DNA of 64,000 bases from an uncultured Actinomycetes bacterium (GCA_963719245.1 CAVRBG010000005.1:38614-102613), one strand, 5' to 3'; shown: positions 16,910 through 26,760, numbered from the stretch's first letter. Made by a program: numbers and translations. Notes: generated from the sequence alone by a model not told the origin.

Positions 16910-17242
16910 ATGAGCAACGACGACGAGTTCATCGACGCCGCCCCGACCGACTACCTGGAGCCGGGCGAGACCGCCACGGTCGACGTCGACGGCGTGCCGG
17001 TGACCCTCGCCAACGCGGGCGGGAGCTGGTGCGCGTTCGAGAGCACGTGTCCGCACCAGGCCACGCCGCTGGGCGGAATACCGTTGATGCGGAACGTGCT
17101 GTTGCAATGCCCCGAACACGGATCGATCTTCGACGTGACGACCGGCAAGTGCGTCCTGCCCTCCGAGGACGGCTGGTCCGGCCCGTTGCGTACGTACCGC
17201 ACGCAGGTCGTCGACGACGTGGTGCAGGTCTCGCTGCACTGA
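16910..17242 (+). CDS. Rieske [2Fe-2S] ferredoxin
   Basis: CPHQ...CPEHGSIFDVTTGK (CxH...CxxH), 110 aa. Confidence 0.92.
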   Translation: MSNDDEFIDAAPTDYLEPGETATVDVDGVPVTLANAGGSWCAFESTCPHQATPLGGIPLMRNVLLQCPEHGSIFDVTTGKCVLPSEDGWSGPLRTYRTQVVDDVVQVSLH

Positions 17243-17290
17243 CGTTGAGACCCGCATGACCGAAGGCCCAACGACAAGGACGGCGTCTCC

Positions 17291-18490
17291 GTGACGATCA
17301 CCAACGAGAGCGACATCTACTACGACCCGTTCAACAAGGAGATCGACAAGGATCCGCACCCGTTGTGGAAGCGGATGCGCGACGAGGCGCCGCTCTACCG
17401 CAACGAGAAGTTCGACTTCTACGCGCTGAGCCGCTACGACGACGTCGAGAAGGCCCTCGTCGACTGGGACACCTACCGGTCGGGGAAGGGGTCGACGCTC
17501 GAGACGATCATGGCCGGGTTCGACATCCCGCCGGGACTGATCCTGATGGAGGACCCCCCGATCCACGACCTCCACCGCGGCCTGCTCTCGCGCGTGTTCA
17601 CGCCCAAGGCCATGAACGCGATCGAGCCGAAGGTGCGCGAGTTCTGCGCCCGCACCCTCGACCCGCTGGTCGACGTGGGTCGCTTCGACTTCATCGCCGA
17701 TCTCGGCGCGGTGATGCCGATGCTCACCATCGGCATGCTGCTCGGGATCCCGGAGGAGGACCAGGTGGCGATCCGCGACCGGATCGACGAGGGCCTGCGC
17801 CTCGACGACGACACCGAGGTGCCGGCGGGCGACCTCGCGCTGGCCGGCGCCGAGCTCTTCTCCGACTACATCGAGTGGCGGGCCGAGCACCCGTCCGACG
17901 ACCTCATGACCCAGCTGCTCAACGCCCAGTTCGAGGACGAGACGGGGACGATGCGCAAGCTCGACCGGATGGAGATCCTCACCTACGTGATGCTCCTCGC
18001 CGGCGCCGGGAACGAGACCACCACGCGCCTGATCGGTTGGACCGGCAAGCTGCTCGCCGAGCACCCCGATCAACGGCGCGAGCTCGCGGCCGACCGGTCG
18101 CTGGTGCCCCAGGCGATCGAGGAGGTCCTGCGCTACGAAGCACCGTCGCCGGTGCAGGCCCGGACGGTGAACCGTGATGTCGAGTACTACGGGGAGACGG
18201 TCCGGGAGGGCAGCGTGATGGTGATCCTCAACGGGTCGGGCAACCGCGACGACCGGCACTTCCCGGAGGGCGACTGCTTCGACATCCACCGCTCGATCGA
18301 CCACCACCTGAGCTTCGGCTACGGGCTGCACTTCTGTCTCGGGGCGGCCCTGGCCCGGCTGGAAGGTCGGGTCGCGCTCGACGAGGTGCTGCAGCGCTGG
18401 TCCGACTGGGACGTCGACTGGGACAACGCGAAGCAGGCGCACACCCCGACGGTGCGGGGTTGGGAGCGCCTGCCGGTCGTCACGCGGTAG
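17291..18490 (+). CDS. cytochrome P450
   Basis: AGNETT I-helix, EEVLRY ExxR, heme motif FGYGLHFCLG. Confidence 0.96.
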   Translation: MTITNESDIYYDPFNKEIDKDPHPLWKRMRDEAPLYRNEKFDFYALSRYDDVEKALVDWDTYRSGKGSTLETIMAGFDIPPGLILMEDPPIHDLHRGLLSRVFTPKAMNAIEPKVREFCARTLDPLVDVGRFDFIADLGAVMPMLTIGMLLGIPEEDQVAIRDRIDEGLRLDDDTEVPAGDLALAGAELFSDYIEWRAEHPSDDLMTQLLNAQFEDETGTMRKLDRMEILTYVMLLAGAGNETTTRLIGWTGKLLAEHPDQRRELAADRSLVPQAIEEVLRYEAPSPVQARTVNRDVEYYGETVREGSVMVILNGSGNRDDRHFPEGDCFDIHRSIDHHLSFGYGLHFCLGAALARLEGRVALDEVLQRWSDWDVDWDNAKQAHTPTVRGWERLPVVTR

Positions 18491-18507
18491 GAGCGCCGAC
18501 GCCGGAT

Positions 18508-18534
18508 CCATCCGGATCGGTGCGCAGCTCCGTA
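18508..18534 (+). promoter_or_regulatory. putative autoregulatory ECF (SigK-type) promoter CCATCC-N17-CGTA
   Basis: CCATCC at 18508-18513, CGTA at 18531-18534; the sigma gene GTG lies 7 nt downstream with no RBS (leaderless). Confidence 0.55.
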
Positions 18535-18541
18535 CACCAGC

Positions 18542-19126
18542 GTGGAGCACGACCTGCGCGAGGCGAGCGACGCGGCCTTGGTGGTCGCGATCGCCCGCTT
18601 CCGGCAGGAGGCGCTGGCCGAGGCCTACCGCCGCCACGGTGATGCCGCGTTCGGTCTCGCGGTGCGTGTCGTGCGCGACCGGGCGCTGGCGGAGGAGATC
18701 GTCCAGGAGGTGTTCCTCCGGCTCTGGAACGACCCGGAGCGATTCGATCCGGGAAGAGGCACGCTGCGCGCCTTCATCATGGCGACGGTCCACAGCCGCG
18801 CCATCGACGTGATCCGGGCCGAGTCCGCACGACGGGTGCGCGAGAAGCGCCACGATCGGCTCCATCGCCAGGACGGCTACGACCTCGAGCGCGAGATCGT
18901 CGACCTCACCGTCGCCGAGCAGATCCGGGGTGCGTTGGAGGGCCTGTCCGACGACGAGCGTCGCGCGATCGAGCTCGCGTACTTCGGCGGGCACAGCTAC
19001 CGCGAGGTCGCAACCCTCCTGGAGCAACCGGAGGGCACGGTCAAGAGTCGGATCCGAGTGGGCCTGCGTCGTCTGCGCGACTCACTCGTCGAGGCAGGGA
19101 TCACGTCGGCGTGGACCGAGAGCTGA
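18542..19126 (+). CDS. ECF RNA polymerase sigma factor, SigK-like
   Basis: AEEIVQEVFLRLW, RFDPGRG, LAYFGGHSYREVA...GTVKSRIR. Confidence 0.92.
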   Translation: MEHDLREASDAALVVAIARFRQEALAEAYRRHGDAAFGLAVRVVRDRALAEEIVQEVFLRLWNDPERFDPGRGTLRAFIMATVHSRAIDVIRAESARRVREKRHDRLHRQDGYDLEREIVDLTVAEQIRGALEGLSDDERRAIELAYFGGHSYREVATLLEQPEGTVKSRIRVGLRRLRDSLVEAGITSAWTES

Positions 19127-19887
19127 CCCGCGCCGAGCTCGACGAGCTCCTGCCGTTGTTCGCGCTGGACGCGCTCGACGGTGAGGAACGCGCCCAGGTC
19201 GAGCGCTACGTCGCGCGCGACGCAGCGGCCCACGCCGAGGTGCAGTCGCTCCGCGAAGCGGTCGCACTCCTTCCCGCGGCCGGAGCGCCCGCACCGCCTT
19301 CGCTGTGGTCGACCATCGAGGGCTCCCTCGGCGACGCCGGCGACCACGCGGCGCCGCCCCTGCGGCTGGCGCCGCCGGCGTCTCCCGCATCGCGGCGACA
19401 CGCGCGGAAGCCGGTCCGAGTGGCTGCGGTGGTGCTCGCGGCGGCCGCGATCGTCGCCATCGCCGTGCTCGGGATCCAGGTCGCCCGTCAGCAGGACCGC
19501 ATCGACGACCTCGCGGCGGAGATGCACGGCACGCCGATGCGGGACCAGGCGCTGGCGGCGCGCGCGTCGAAGGACGCCCACGTGATCCGTCTCGGTGCGA
19601 CGAACGGCGCGGGCGGCGCCGAGATCGTGATGCTGCCGGACGGCACCGGGTACTTCATGGATCACCACCTCCCTGCGCTGCCCGCGGGCTCGACCTATCA
19701 GCTGTGGGCCAAGGTCGGTGAGCCGGACTCGTCACGCATGGTGTCGCTCGGGGTGCTCGGCGCCGACCCGGGCGTCGTGCCCTTCCACCTCTCGGCGCCG
19801 GTGACCATGTTCGAGGTCACCAAGGAGCAGGCACCGGGCAGCGGCGCGCCGAACGACTCGGTCGTGATGCGCGGGCAGACGACATGA
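19111..19887 (+). CDS. anti-sigma factor, RskA-like
   Basis: ELLPLFALDALD N-terminus, single TM, LPAGSTYQLW...VSLG...VTKE extracytoplasmic domain; overlaps the sigma gene. Confidence 0.88.
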   Translation: MDRELTRAELDELLPLFALDALDGEERAQVERYVARDAAAHAEVQSLREAVALLPAAGAPAPPSLWSTIEGSLGDAGDHAAPPLRLAPPASPASRRHARKPVRVAAVVLAAAAIVAIAVLGIQVARQQDRIDDLAAEMHGTPMRDQALAARASKDAHVIRLGATNGAGGAEIVMLPDGTGYFMDHHLPALPAGSTYQLWAKVGEPDSSRMVSLGVLGADPGVVPFHLSAPVTMFEVTKEQAPGSGAPNDSVVMRGQTT

Positions 19888-20594
19888 GCGTGACCCCGAC
19901 GCGCCGCCGGTGGCTCCTGTTGGCGATCCCGCAGGTGCTCCTGTTCGGCGGGATGCTGGTCATGCTGATCGTGCACCCGAACGCGTTCACGTCGGCGCTC
20001 CACAGCACCCGGGCGCTGGTCGTCAACGGCATCCTGCTCGGGGGCTGGCTGCTCCTCTCGCTCGTGATCGTGCCCCGTGTGATCCGCAACGTCGCGTGGG
20101 ACACCGCGATCCTGTCCGTGGTCGCATCGGCTGCCATCGTCGTGCTCGTGGTGCCCACGCTGCGCGACACGAAGGTGGTCGAGGAGTTCCCCGCCGCGGT
20201 GGCGGAAGCGACCGCGCCCGCGACCACGCTTCCGGGCGCGGCCCCGACCACTGCACCGGCGCAGCCGGTCAGGATCTCCACCGGCGAGCTGCGCGGCATC
20301 GATCACGACGCGAGCGGGACCGCGTCGGTCTACCGCCGGCCCGGCGGCACGTCGGTCGTCGCGCTCGAGGGCATCGACATCGAACCGGGGCCGGACTACC
20401 GTGTGGTCGTGGTCCGGGGCGAGGACCAACAGAACCCCGGTGACGGGCCCGAGCTCGACGCCCTGCGCGGGAACCAGGGCACGCAGTACTACGAGGTGCC
20501 ACCCGGAACCGATCCCGGCCCCGGGTGGACAGTGCTCGTCTGGTGCCGGGCGTTCGGTGTGCCCGTCGCCAATTCGACGCAGGCAGGGACCTGA
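19884..20594 (+). CDS. membrane protein with C-terminal DM13 domain
   Basis: Three TM helices, then HDASGTA...GPDYRV...LRGNQGTQYYEVP...VLVWCRAFGV. Confidence 0.85.
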   Translation: MSVTPTRRRWLLLAIPQVLLFGGMLVMLIVHPNAFTSALHSTRALVVNGILLGGWLLLSLVIVPRVIRNVAWDTAILSVVASAAIVVLVVPTLRDTKVVEEFPAAVAEATAPATTLPGAAPTTAPAQPVRISTGELRGIDHDASGTASVYRRPGGTSVVALEGIDIEPGPDYRVVVVRGEDQQNPGDGPELDALRGNQGTQYYEVPPGTDPGPGWTVLVWCRAFGVPVANSTQAGT

Positions 20595-20620
20595 ACCGCC
20601 GGCCGCCCCAGAGGGTGCGG

Positions 20621-21022
20621 CTACTTCATGCCGTCTTCGATGCTCGCGACGCTGAAGTCCGCGTTGATCTTGACGGTCACCTTGCTCCCGTCGGACTTCG
20701 TCACGTGCGCCTCGTAGGTCGCACCTTCGGCGTCGTTCTCGACGCGGTCGATGGTCGCTCCGGGCACCGCGGCCTGCGCGGCGGCGGTCACCTTGGTCGC
20801 CGTGTCGCCGGTGAGCACGGCTTCGGTGATGCCGTTGGCGGTGTGACCGCCCTGGCTCGGGTCCGGTGCGGTACCCGAGTCGGCCGCCGCGGTCGTGCTC
20901 GACCCGGAGGACGTGTCGGTTTGCGCCTGGGCGGTGCCCAGGAGCGACGCGCCGACGGCGCCTCCGGCGATCGTGGCGCCGACCAGCGCCCCGCTCAGCA
21001 TGGCCTTCTGTGCGAACTTCAT
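20621..21022 (-). CDS. secreted PepSY-like protein
   Basis: Signal peptide, Ser/Thr linker, AAQAAVPGATIDRVENDAEGATYEAHVTKSDG; AGGAG RBS. Confidence 0.8.
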   Translation of the reverse strand: MKFAQKAMLSGALVGATIAGGAVGASLLGTAQAQTDTSSGSSTTAAADSGTAPDPSQGGHTANGITEAVLTGDTATKVTAAAQAAVPGATIDRVENDAEGATYEAHVTKSDGSKVTVKINADFSVASIEDGMK

Positions 21023-21254
21023 CGAGTCTGTTCTCCTGGGTGCGTTGGGTGCAGCCGCCGCATCTCGACGACCGTGGCCACGATGGGGGATCACTTCAAG
21101 GCGTGCCCTACGCCAGCGCAAGAACAGGTCAAGGATCGGCTGAGAGCTCCGCCGCGGCTCAAGGGTCGAGGCCCATCGGTCGATTCGTGACGGGAGCACT
21201 CCATCCGCAACACTGGTTGCTCCCTCCCGCCCGCTCCCGACGGATTCGAATCAG

Positions 21255-21464
21255 ATGCCCAGCTTCGACGACACCTTCGCGCCTTCCCCCATGCACCCGG
21301 TGAGCGAGGTGCTCACCCGCTACCTCGCCATCACCGCGCCCGCTCGCGCACGCTCAGGAGCGGAGGCGCGCACGCCGCTGCTCTCGTCCCGGTCCCCTGG
21401 CGACGACCGTTCGGCGACGATCCGGGCCGAAGAGCTCTGGGACGCGCTCGGCGACTTCGCCTAG
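21255..21464 (+). CDS. small hypothetical protein
   Basis: 69-aa ORF ending ELWDALGDFA, converging on the cupin gene. Confidence 0.4.
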   Translation: MPSFDDTFAPSPMHPVSEVLTRYLAITAPARARSGAEARTPLLSSRSPGDDRSATIRAEELWDALGDFA

Positions 21465-21488
21465 CCACGCCCCCGCTCCACGACCGGG

Positions 21489-21857
21489 TCAGCCGGTCGG
21501 TGTGCCGTACGAGCCGGCGGTGGAGCTGTCGAACTCGAACGCGACGAACGGCTCGTCGCTGGTGACCCACGCGTCGTGCCCGGGTTGGATCACGTACGCG
21601 TCGCCGGCCGAGATGTCCTGCTCGGTGCCGTCCTCGTGTTGGATGTGCAGGCTGCCCGCGACGACTGCGCCCACGTGGTGGGCCTCGCAGCTGTTGGTGC
21701 CCACGACCGGCTTGATGCACTCCGACCAACGCCAGCCCGGCTGCGCGGTCATCCGCGCCGCCTTGATGCCGTCGAGGTCGAGGATCTCGAGCCGGGTCTT
21801 GTCCGGAGTGCGCACCTCGTCGGCCGAACCGAAGTCCTTCTTCACTACGCCAGCCAT
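21489..21857 (-). CDS. cupin domain protein
   Basis: PGWRWSECIKP...CEAHHVG...GDAYVIQPGHDAWV; GGAGG RBS. Confidence 0.88.
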   Translation of the reverse strand: MAGVVKKDFGSADEVRTPDKTRLEILDLDGIKAARMTAQPGWRWSECIKPVVGTNSCEAHHVGAVVAGSLHIQHEDGTEQDISAGDAYVIQPGHDAWVTSDEPFVAFEFDSSTAGSYGTPTG

Positions 21858-21950
21858 CTGGACCTCCCTCTTCCGCGCGTCACTGCTCCCAAAGTCGGGA
21901 TGATCCCTTCCTACAGGATTTGGCCGTCCCGGTCCACGGGTCGGGGTCGC

Positions 21951-22971
21951 CTACACGGGCGTGAGGTGCTTGGCGAAGCCGACGCGCTCGTAGAGCTCGC
22001 GGATCTGCTCCTTGGCGATCTCGGGCAGGATGGCCTGCGGCGGCCGGGAGTGCGGGTAATCCCCCATCGGCAGTCCGATCACCGCCGCCGCGTACCGGAA
22101 TCCTTCACCCCAGTGGCTGAAGTAGTCCGGGCGCCCCGGGTACCGGATGTACCAGTGCGACACCTCCTCGACGATGCGGTCGAGGCTGTTCTCGCCGCGT
22201 GCTCGATCGCCTCGGCGAGCCGGCCGTCCCAGATCAGGTTCCAGTAGTCGGTGAGGATCGGCCGGTCGGGGGTCTCGTGCAGGTAGCCCGCGGTCCCGAG
22301 CTGCGCCGGCCCGACGATGCCCTGCTGCAACCAGCCGGCGCGGTACACGATCGCGTCGCACTCCCAGATCACCAGGTCCGGCGCCAGCGCGTGCGCCGCC
22401 TTGCTCCGCCAGTGCTCGAGCGTGCCTTCTTTCGTCGCGCACACCGCCGGCACCTCGGTGGCGATGCGGGCCACCTCTTCGGGGGTGAGCACGTAGCCCG
22501 ACGACGGCGAGTTGAACATGCCGAGCGCGACGTCGGTGCGGTCGGCCACGTACTGGAAGAAGCGCAGGACCCCTTCGCCCCCGTGCACCTCCATCGGCGG
22601 CGTCTGCAGGTAGCAGATGTCCGCGCCCGCCGCTTCGGCGTGCTGGGTGAGCTCGACGCAGTCCTTCGCCGCCGCCGCGCTCGTGCACGCCTGGATCACC
22701 GTGGCGGGCGCGATCGCCCGGGCCTCTTCGATCGCGACCTCGACCAGCTGCTTGCGCTCGTCCATCGTCAGCGACCACCACTCGGCGATCCCGCTCGTGA
22801 GCCAGAGCATCGGGTGACCGAGGTCGCCGACGCAGTACCGCACCAGCGCGGGTAGGCGTCCAGGTCGATGTCGTCACCGTCGGTGCCGCTGAAGGGCGTG
22901 TAGAGCGAGTTCCCGATCCCGTGGAGGCCCCCCGAGGCGGCCCACTCCTTGGCGTCCCGTGCACTCGGCAA
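21951..22971 (-). CDS. dihydrodipicolinate-synthase-family class I aldolase (two apparent frameshifts, about 22850 and 22195)
   Basis: YTPF...IDLDAY | YCVGDLG...SLTMDERKQLVE...AEAAGAD...FNSP...ATKEG | RPPQAIL spread over three frames; GAGGAG RBS plus TTG start. Confidence 0.82.
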
Positions 22972-23033
22972 TGCTCCTCCTCAAGGGCCACCCCACGTCG
23001 GGGGCGGTCGCGTCGCAGCCGGTCCGCGCGAGC

Positions 23034-23768
23034 CTAACGACCACCCGCGGCGAGCTTGGCGACGGCATCGCGCGCCTCGTCGTCCGTGGCCCAGTCGAAG
23101 CCCTCCGGCACCGCGTGGTACCGGGCCGCTTCCTCGGCCACGACCGCACGCCGAACGCGCACGTTCTGACGCACCGCCCGCTGGGGGTTCTGCAGGATCT
23201 GTCGCGCCAGCTCTTCGGCTGCGTCGACGTGCCGGCCCGCGTCGACGAGACGGGTGACGATGCCTGCGTGCCACGCCTCCTCGGCGGAGAACCGGCGGCC
23301 CGTCATGGCGACCTCGCAGGCGAATGCGGAGCTCCCGAGCCGCGGGATGGACGTTGCCGTCGGCAGACCGAGCTTGATCTCGGTCACTTCGAACGTCGCG
23401 TCCCGCGCCGCGACGAGGTGGTCGCAGTACAACGCCGTGCCCAACGCGTGCCCGAGGCAATAGCCGTGCACCGCCGCGATCACCGGCTTCCAGTTCACGC
23501 AGTCGCTGAAGGCTTCGTACTCCGTGGTCCGGTTGCTGGTCGTCCCCTCGTCCATGGAGCGCTGCAGGCGGTCGTTGACGTCGCCACCACTCGAGAAGGA
23601 ACGGCCCTGCCCGAACAGGATCCCGATCTGCGCACTGTCGTCCGCGTCGAGGCGCCGCAACCCGTCGACGAGCGCCGCGAGGTCTTCGTCGCGGAGCGCG
23701 TTGTGCTTCTCGGGCCGGTTGAACGAGATGTACGCGATCTCGTCGCGCACCTCGTACCCAACAGTCAT
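23034..23768 (-). CDS. enoyl-CoA hydratase/isomerase family protein
   Basis: FNRPEKHNAL, FSSGGD, KPVIAAVHGYCLG, TEIKLG. Confidence 0.92.
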   Translation of the reverse strand: MTVGYEVRDEIAYISFNRPEKHNALRDEDLAALVDGLRRLDADDSAQIGILFGQGRSFSSGGDVNDRLQRSMDEGTTSNRTTEYEAFSDCVNWKPVIAAVHGYCLGHALGTALYCDHLVAARDATFEVTEIKLGLPTATSIPRLGSSAFACEVAMTGRRFSAEEAWHAGIVTRLVDAGRHVDAAEELARQILQNPQRAVRQNVRVRRAVVAEEAARYHAVPEGFDWATDDEARDAVAKLAAGGR

Positions 23769-23887
23769 GCGTTGACTCTACGACCGTCCGTGATGACGCG
23801 CGGTGCGGTCACGGAATCCACGTCCGTGCCTGCGCCGTAGTACCGCACGACATCCCCCCGCCCCTACCGAATGAGGAGAACCACGAT

Positions 23888-24460
23888 ATGTTCATGATGC
23901 TTCAACGCGCCCGTGCGAGCGGTCGCACGCCTCGAACCGCGCTCGTCGCCCTGCTGGCGCTCGGTGTCATCGCCGCGCTTCCGGTGCTGCTCGGTGCCAC
24001 CAGCGCGAGCGCCGACGTTCCCCAGCGCGCCGCGTTCGCGTTCCTCTCGCCCCGCATCGCCGGCGCGCCGACCGGCGCCGTCGCGATGACCGGCGTCGGC
24101 GCCTACGACACGTCGAGCGGCTCGCTGCGAGCCAGCGGCCTGTTCCGCTGCACCGACACGGTCGCCCAGGGCCCGCTGTCCGGTTGCATGGGCGGGCAGG
24201 GAGTCCGCTGGAGCTCCACGACCCTGAACCCCACGCAACGCTTCGTCTGCGGGACGGACGCGGCCAAGACCGTGACCACGGACAACCGCACCGTCGCGTT
24301 CAACGCCGACTTCTTCCGGCTCGGCGACGTCGGCACCCCGTCGTTCCGGGCGAACGTGATCGTGTCCGCGCGCGACATCGCGCCCGACGTGCCGGGTGTC
24401 CAGAGCACCTGGATCCAGGGCGTCGGCTGTGGATCCGCACTGCAGTTCTTCCGAGGCTGA
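23888..24460 (+). CDS. secreted hypothetical protein
   Basis: Signal peptide ending ASA-D, four Cys; GAGGAG RBS. Confidence 0.75.
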   Translation: MFMMLQRARASGRTPRTALVALLALGVIAALPVLLGATSASADVPQRAAFAFLSPRIAGAPTGAVAMTGVGAYDTSSGSLRASGLFRCTDTVAQGPLSGCMGGQGVRWSSTTLNPTQRFVCGTDAAKTVTTDNRTVAFNADFFRLGDVGTPSFRANVIVSARDIAPDVPGVQSTWIQGVGCGSALQFFRG

Positions 24461-24477
24461 GCGGAGATTGACAGCAC

Positions 24478-24517
24478 GCAACGGGTGGGCGCGGCGACGG
24501 TCGCGCCCAACCGTTGC
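24478..24517 (+). terminator. strong hairpin, probable terminator
   Basis: GCAACGG-G-TGGGCGCG...CGCGCCCA-A-CCGTTGC inverted repeat directly after the stop at 24460. Confidence 0.55.
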
Positions 24518-24543
24518 CACGCGCAATCGTCTATACATCTGGG

Positions 24544-25737
24544 ATGACGAGTGACCTCTACTGGGACCCGTTCACGCCGGAACTCCGGGACGACCCGTAC
24601 CCGTTGTGGAAGCGAATGCGCGACGAGGCGCCGGTCTGGCACAACGACCGGTACGACTTCTGGGTGTTGACGCGCTTCCACGACATCGAGCACGCGCACA
24701 AGGAGTACGAGACGTTCGTCTCCAACCACGGCACCACCGTGGAGACGATGGCGGACGCACCCGTCGACACCGGGATGATCATCTGGACGGACCCACCCCG
24801 GCACACGATGCTCAGGAAGCTCGTGTCACGTGCGTTCACGTCGCGTCGCGTGTCCGCACTCGAGGACCGCGTCCGCGACGTCTGCGCCGAGCTCCTCGAC
24901 CCCCACGTCGGCGGGTCGGAGTTCGACTACGTGCAGGACTTCTCCGCGATCCTCCCGCCGACGATGATCTCGGTGCTCCTCGGCGTGCCCGAGCAAGACC
25001 GCGACTACTTCCGCGGGGTCGTCGACGACATCTTCCACATCGAGGAAGGCGCCGTCGGCATGGTCAACGACGTGGCGACCAAGGCGCTGGTCGACATGAA
25101 CCGCTACCTCGCCGACCAGTTCGAGGATCGAAAGCGGCACCCGCGCGACGACATGTTCACCGACCTCCTCGATGCCGAGATCGTCGACGACGACGGCGAA
25201 CCCCGACAGCTCACCGATTCGGAGCTCACCGAGTTCGTGACCGTGCTGTTCGCCGCCGGGACCGAGACGGTGGCCCGGCACCTCGGCTGGGCCGTCGACC
25301 TGCTGGACCGGCACCCGGACCAACGCGCCGAGCTCGGCGCCGACTTCGCGCTCGTGCCGAACGCGATCGAGGAGATCCTCCGCTTCGAGCCGCCGTCGCC
25401 GGTCAACGCCCGGTTCGTCACCCGCGACGTCGAATTCCACGGCGTCACGATCCCCGCCGAGTCGCGGGTCGTCCTCCTGACCGGGGCGGCGGGTCGCGAC
25501 GAACGCGCGTACCCCGACCCGGACCGGTTCGACATCCATCGCACCTTCGACCTGCACGTCACCTTCGGCTACGGGATCCACTTCTGTCTCGGTGCGGCGC
25601 TAGCCCGCATGGAGGGTCGCATCGGCGTCGAAGAGACGCTCAAGCGGTGGCCGGAGTGGACGGTCGACCGGGAACGGGCGGTGCCGCTCTACACCAGCAC
25701 CGTGCGCGGCTACCTGAACCTCCCGTTCGTCGCCTGA
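24544..25737 (+). CDS. cytochrome P450
   Basis: AAGTETV, EEILRF, FGYGIHFCLG. Confidence 0.96.
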   Translation: MTSDLYWDPFTPELRDDPYPLWKRMRDEAPVWHNDRYDFWVLTRFHDIEHAHKEYETFVSNHGTTVETMADAPVDTGMIIWTDPPRHTMLRKLVSRAFTSRRVSALEDRVRDVCAELLDPHVGGSEFDYVQDFSAILPPTMISVLLGVPEQDRDYFRGVVDDIFHIEEGAVGMVNDVATKALVDMNRYLADQFEDRKRHPRDDMFTDLLDAEIVDDDGEPRQLTDSELTEFVTVLFAAGTETVARHLGWAVDLLDRHPDQRAELGADFALVPNAIEEILRFEPPSPVNARFVTRDVEFHGVTIPAESRVVLLTGAAGRDERAYPDPDRFDIHRTFDLHVTFGYGIHFCLGAALARMEGRIGVEETLKRWPEWTVDRERAVPLYTSTVRGYLNLPFVA

Positions 25738-25739
25738 GG

Positions 25740-26702
25740 ATGAACCCCGTAGCGCGCTTCGACAACCGCATCACGCGGCTCCTCGGCGTCGACGTTCCGA
25801 TCGCCAACTCGCCGATGGGCTTCGTGGCCAAGCCCGACCTCGTGGCCGCGGTGGCGATGGCGGGCGGCATCGGCCTCGTGCCCGGCTCGATGGGCATCGA
25901 CGGTGCCCGCGAAGACATCAAGCGCGTGCGGGACATGACCGACCGGCCCTTCGGCGTGAACCTCCCGATCGCCTACGTCCAGGATCCCTCGATCGCCGAC
26001 ATGCTCCTCGAGGAGCACATCCCCTACGTCACCACCTCGGCCGGCTCACCGATGGCGTACACGCCGGTCCTCAAGGCCGCCGGCATCAAGGTCCTCCACG
26101 TCGTCACGTCGCTCCACACCGCCACGGAGGCGATCGACGCCGGCGTCGACGGCCTGGTGGTGGAGGGCATCGAAGGCGCCGGGCTCAAAGGGCGCACCGA
26201 GGTGGCGTCGTCGGTGCTGCTCCCGCTCCTGGCCCACAAGCTCGACGTGCCGCTCATCGCCGCGGGCGGCGTCGCCGACGGCAGCTCGATGGCGGCCGCC
26301 TTCGCGCTCGGCGCCGAGGGCGTGCAAATGGGCACCCGCATGCTGGCCTCGCTCGAGTCCAACGTGCACGACGGCCTCAAGCAGGCGGTGCTCGCCGCGT
26401 CCGAGACCGACACCGTCCTCGTCAACCGCCAGAACGGCCGACCGCTCCGCGTGCTGCGCACCGAGACCACCGCCGCGCTCGAGTTCGCCACCGAGGGCGA
26501 CCCGATGCGCGAGCTGTTACCGAACGTCCTCACGACGTACACGCAGGGCATCGTCGAGAACTCACTCCCGTCCATCGGTCAGGTGGCCGGGCGCATCGAC
26601 TCGTTGCTGCCCGTCTCCGAGATCATGCGGAAGACGCTCGAAGAGTTCGCCGAGACGATCCAGCTGCTCAACGAGTGGTACCTGCCCGGAGGTTCGCGAT
26701 AG
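25740..26702 (+). CDS. nitronate monooxygenase / FabK-like flavin oxidoreductase
   Basis: PIANSPMG, AGGIG, RPFGVN, VVEGIEGAG, IAAGGVADG, GVQMGTR. Confidence 0.9.
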   Translation: MNPVARFDNRITRLLGVDVPIANSPMGFVAKPDLVAAVAMAGGIGLVPGSMGIDGAREDIKRVRDMTDRPFGVNLPIAYVQDPSIADMLLEEHIPYVTTSAGSPMAYTPVLKAAGIKVLHVVTSLHTATEAIDAGVDGLVVEGIEGAGLKGRTEVASSVLLPLLAHKLDVPLIAAGGVADGSSMAAAFALGAEGVQMGTRMLASLESNVHDGLKQAVLAASETDTVLVNRQNGRPLRVLRTETTAALEFATEGDPMRELLPNVLTTYTQGIVENSLPSIGQVAGRIDSLLPVSEIMRKTLEEFAETIQLLNEWYLPGGSR

Positions 26703-26760
26703 TGCAACCTCGTGCCGACCTCAACCCACGAGGTCGGCGGCCTGCAGCAAAGGAACGACG

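Noticed and set aside
6707-19027. Very long ORFs in the track (1069 aa at 6707-9916 +, 1159 aa at 15548-19027 -, and similar)
   Set aside because: Antisense or alternate-frame shadows of recognisable genes; stop-codon scarcity at high GC explains them and they contain no motifs
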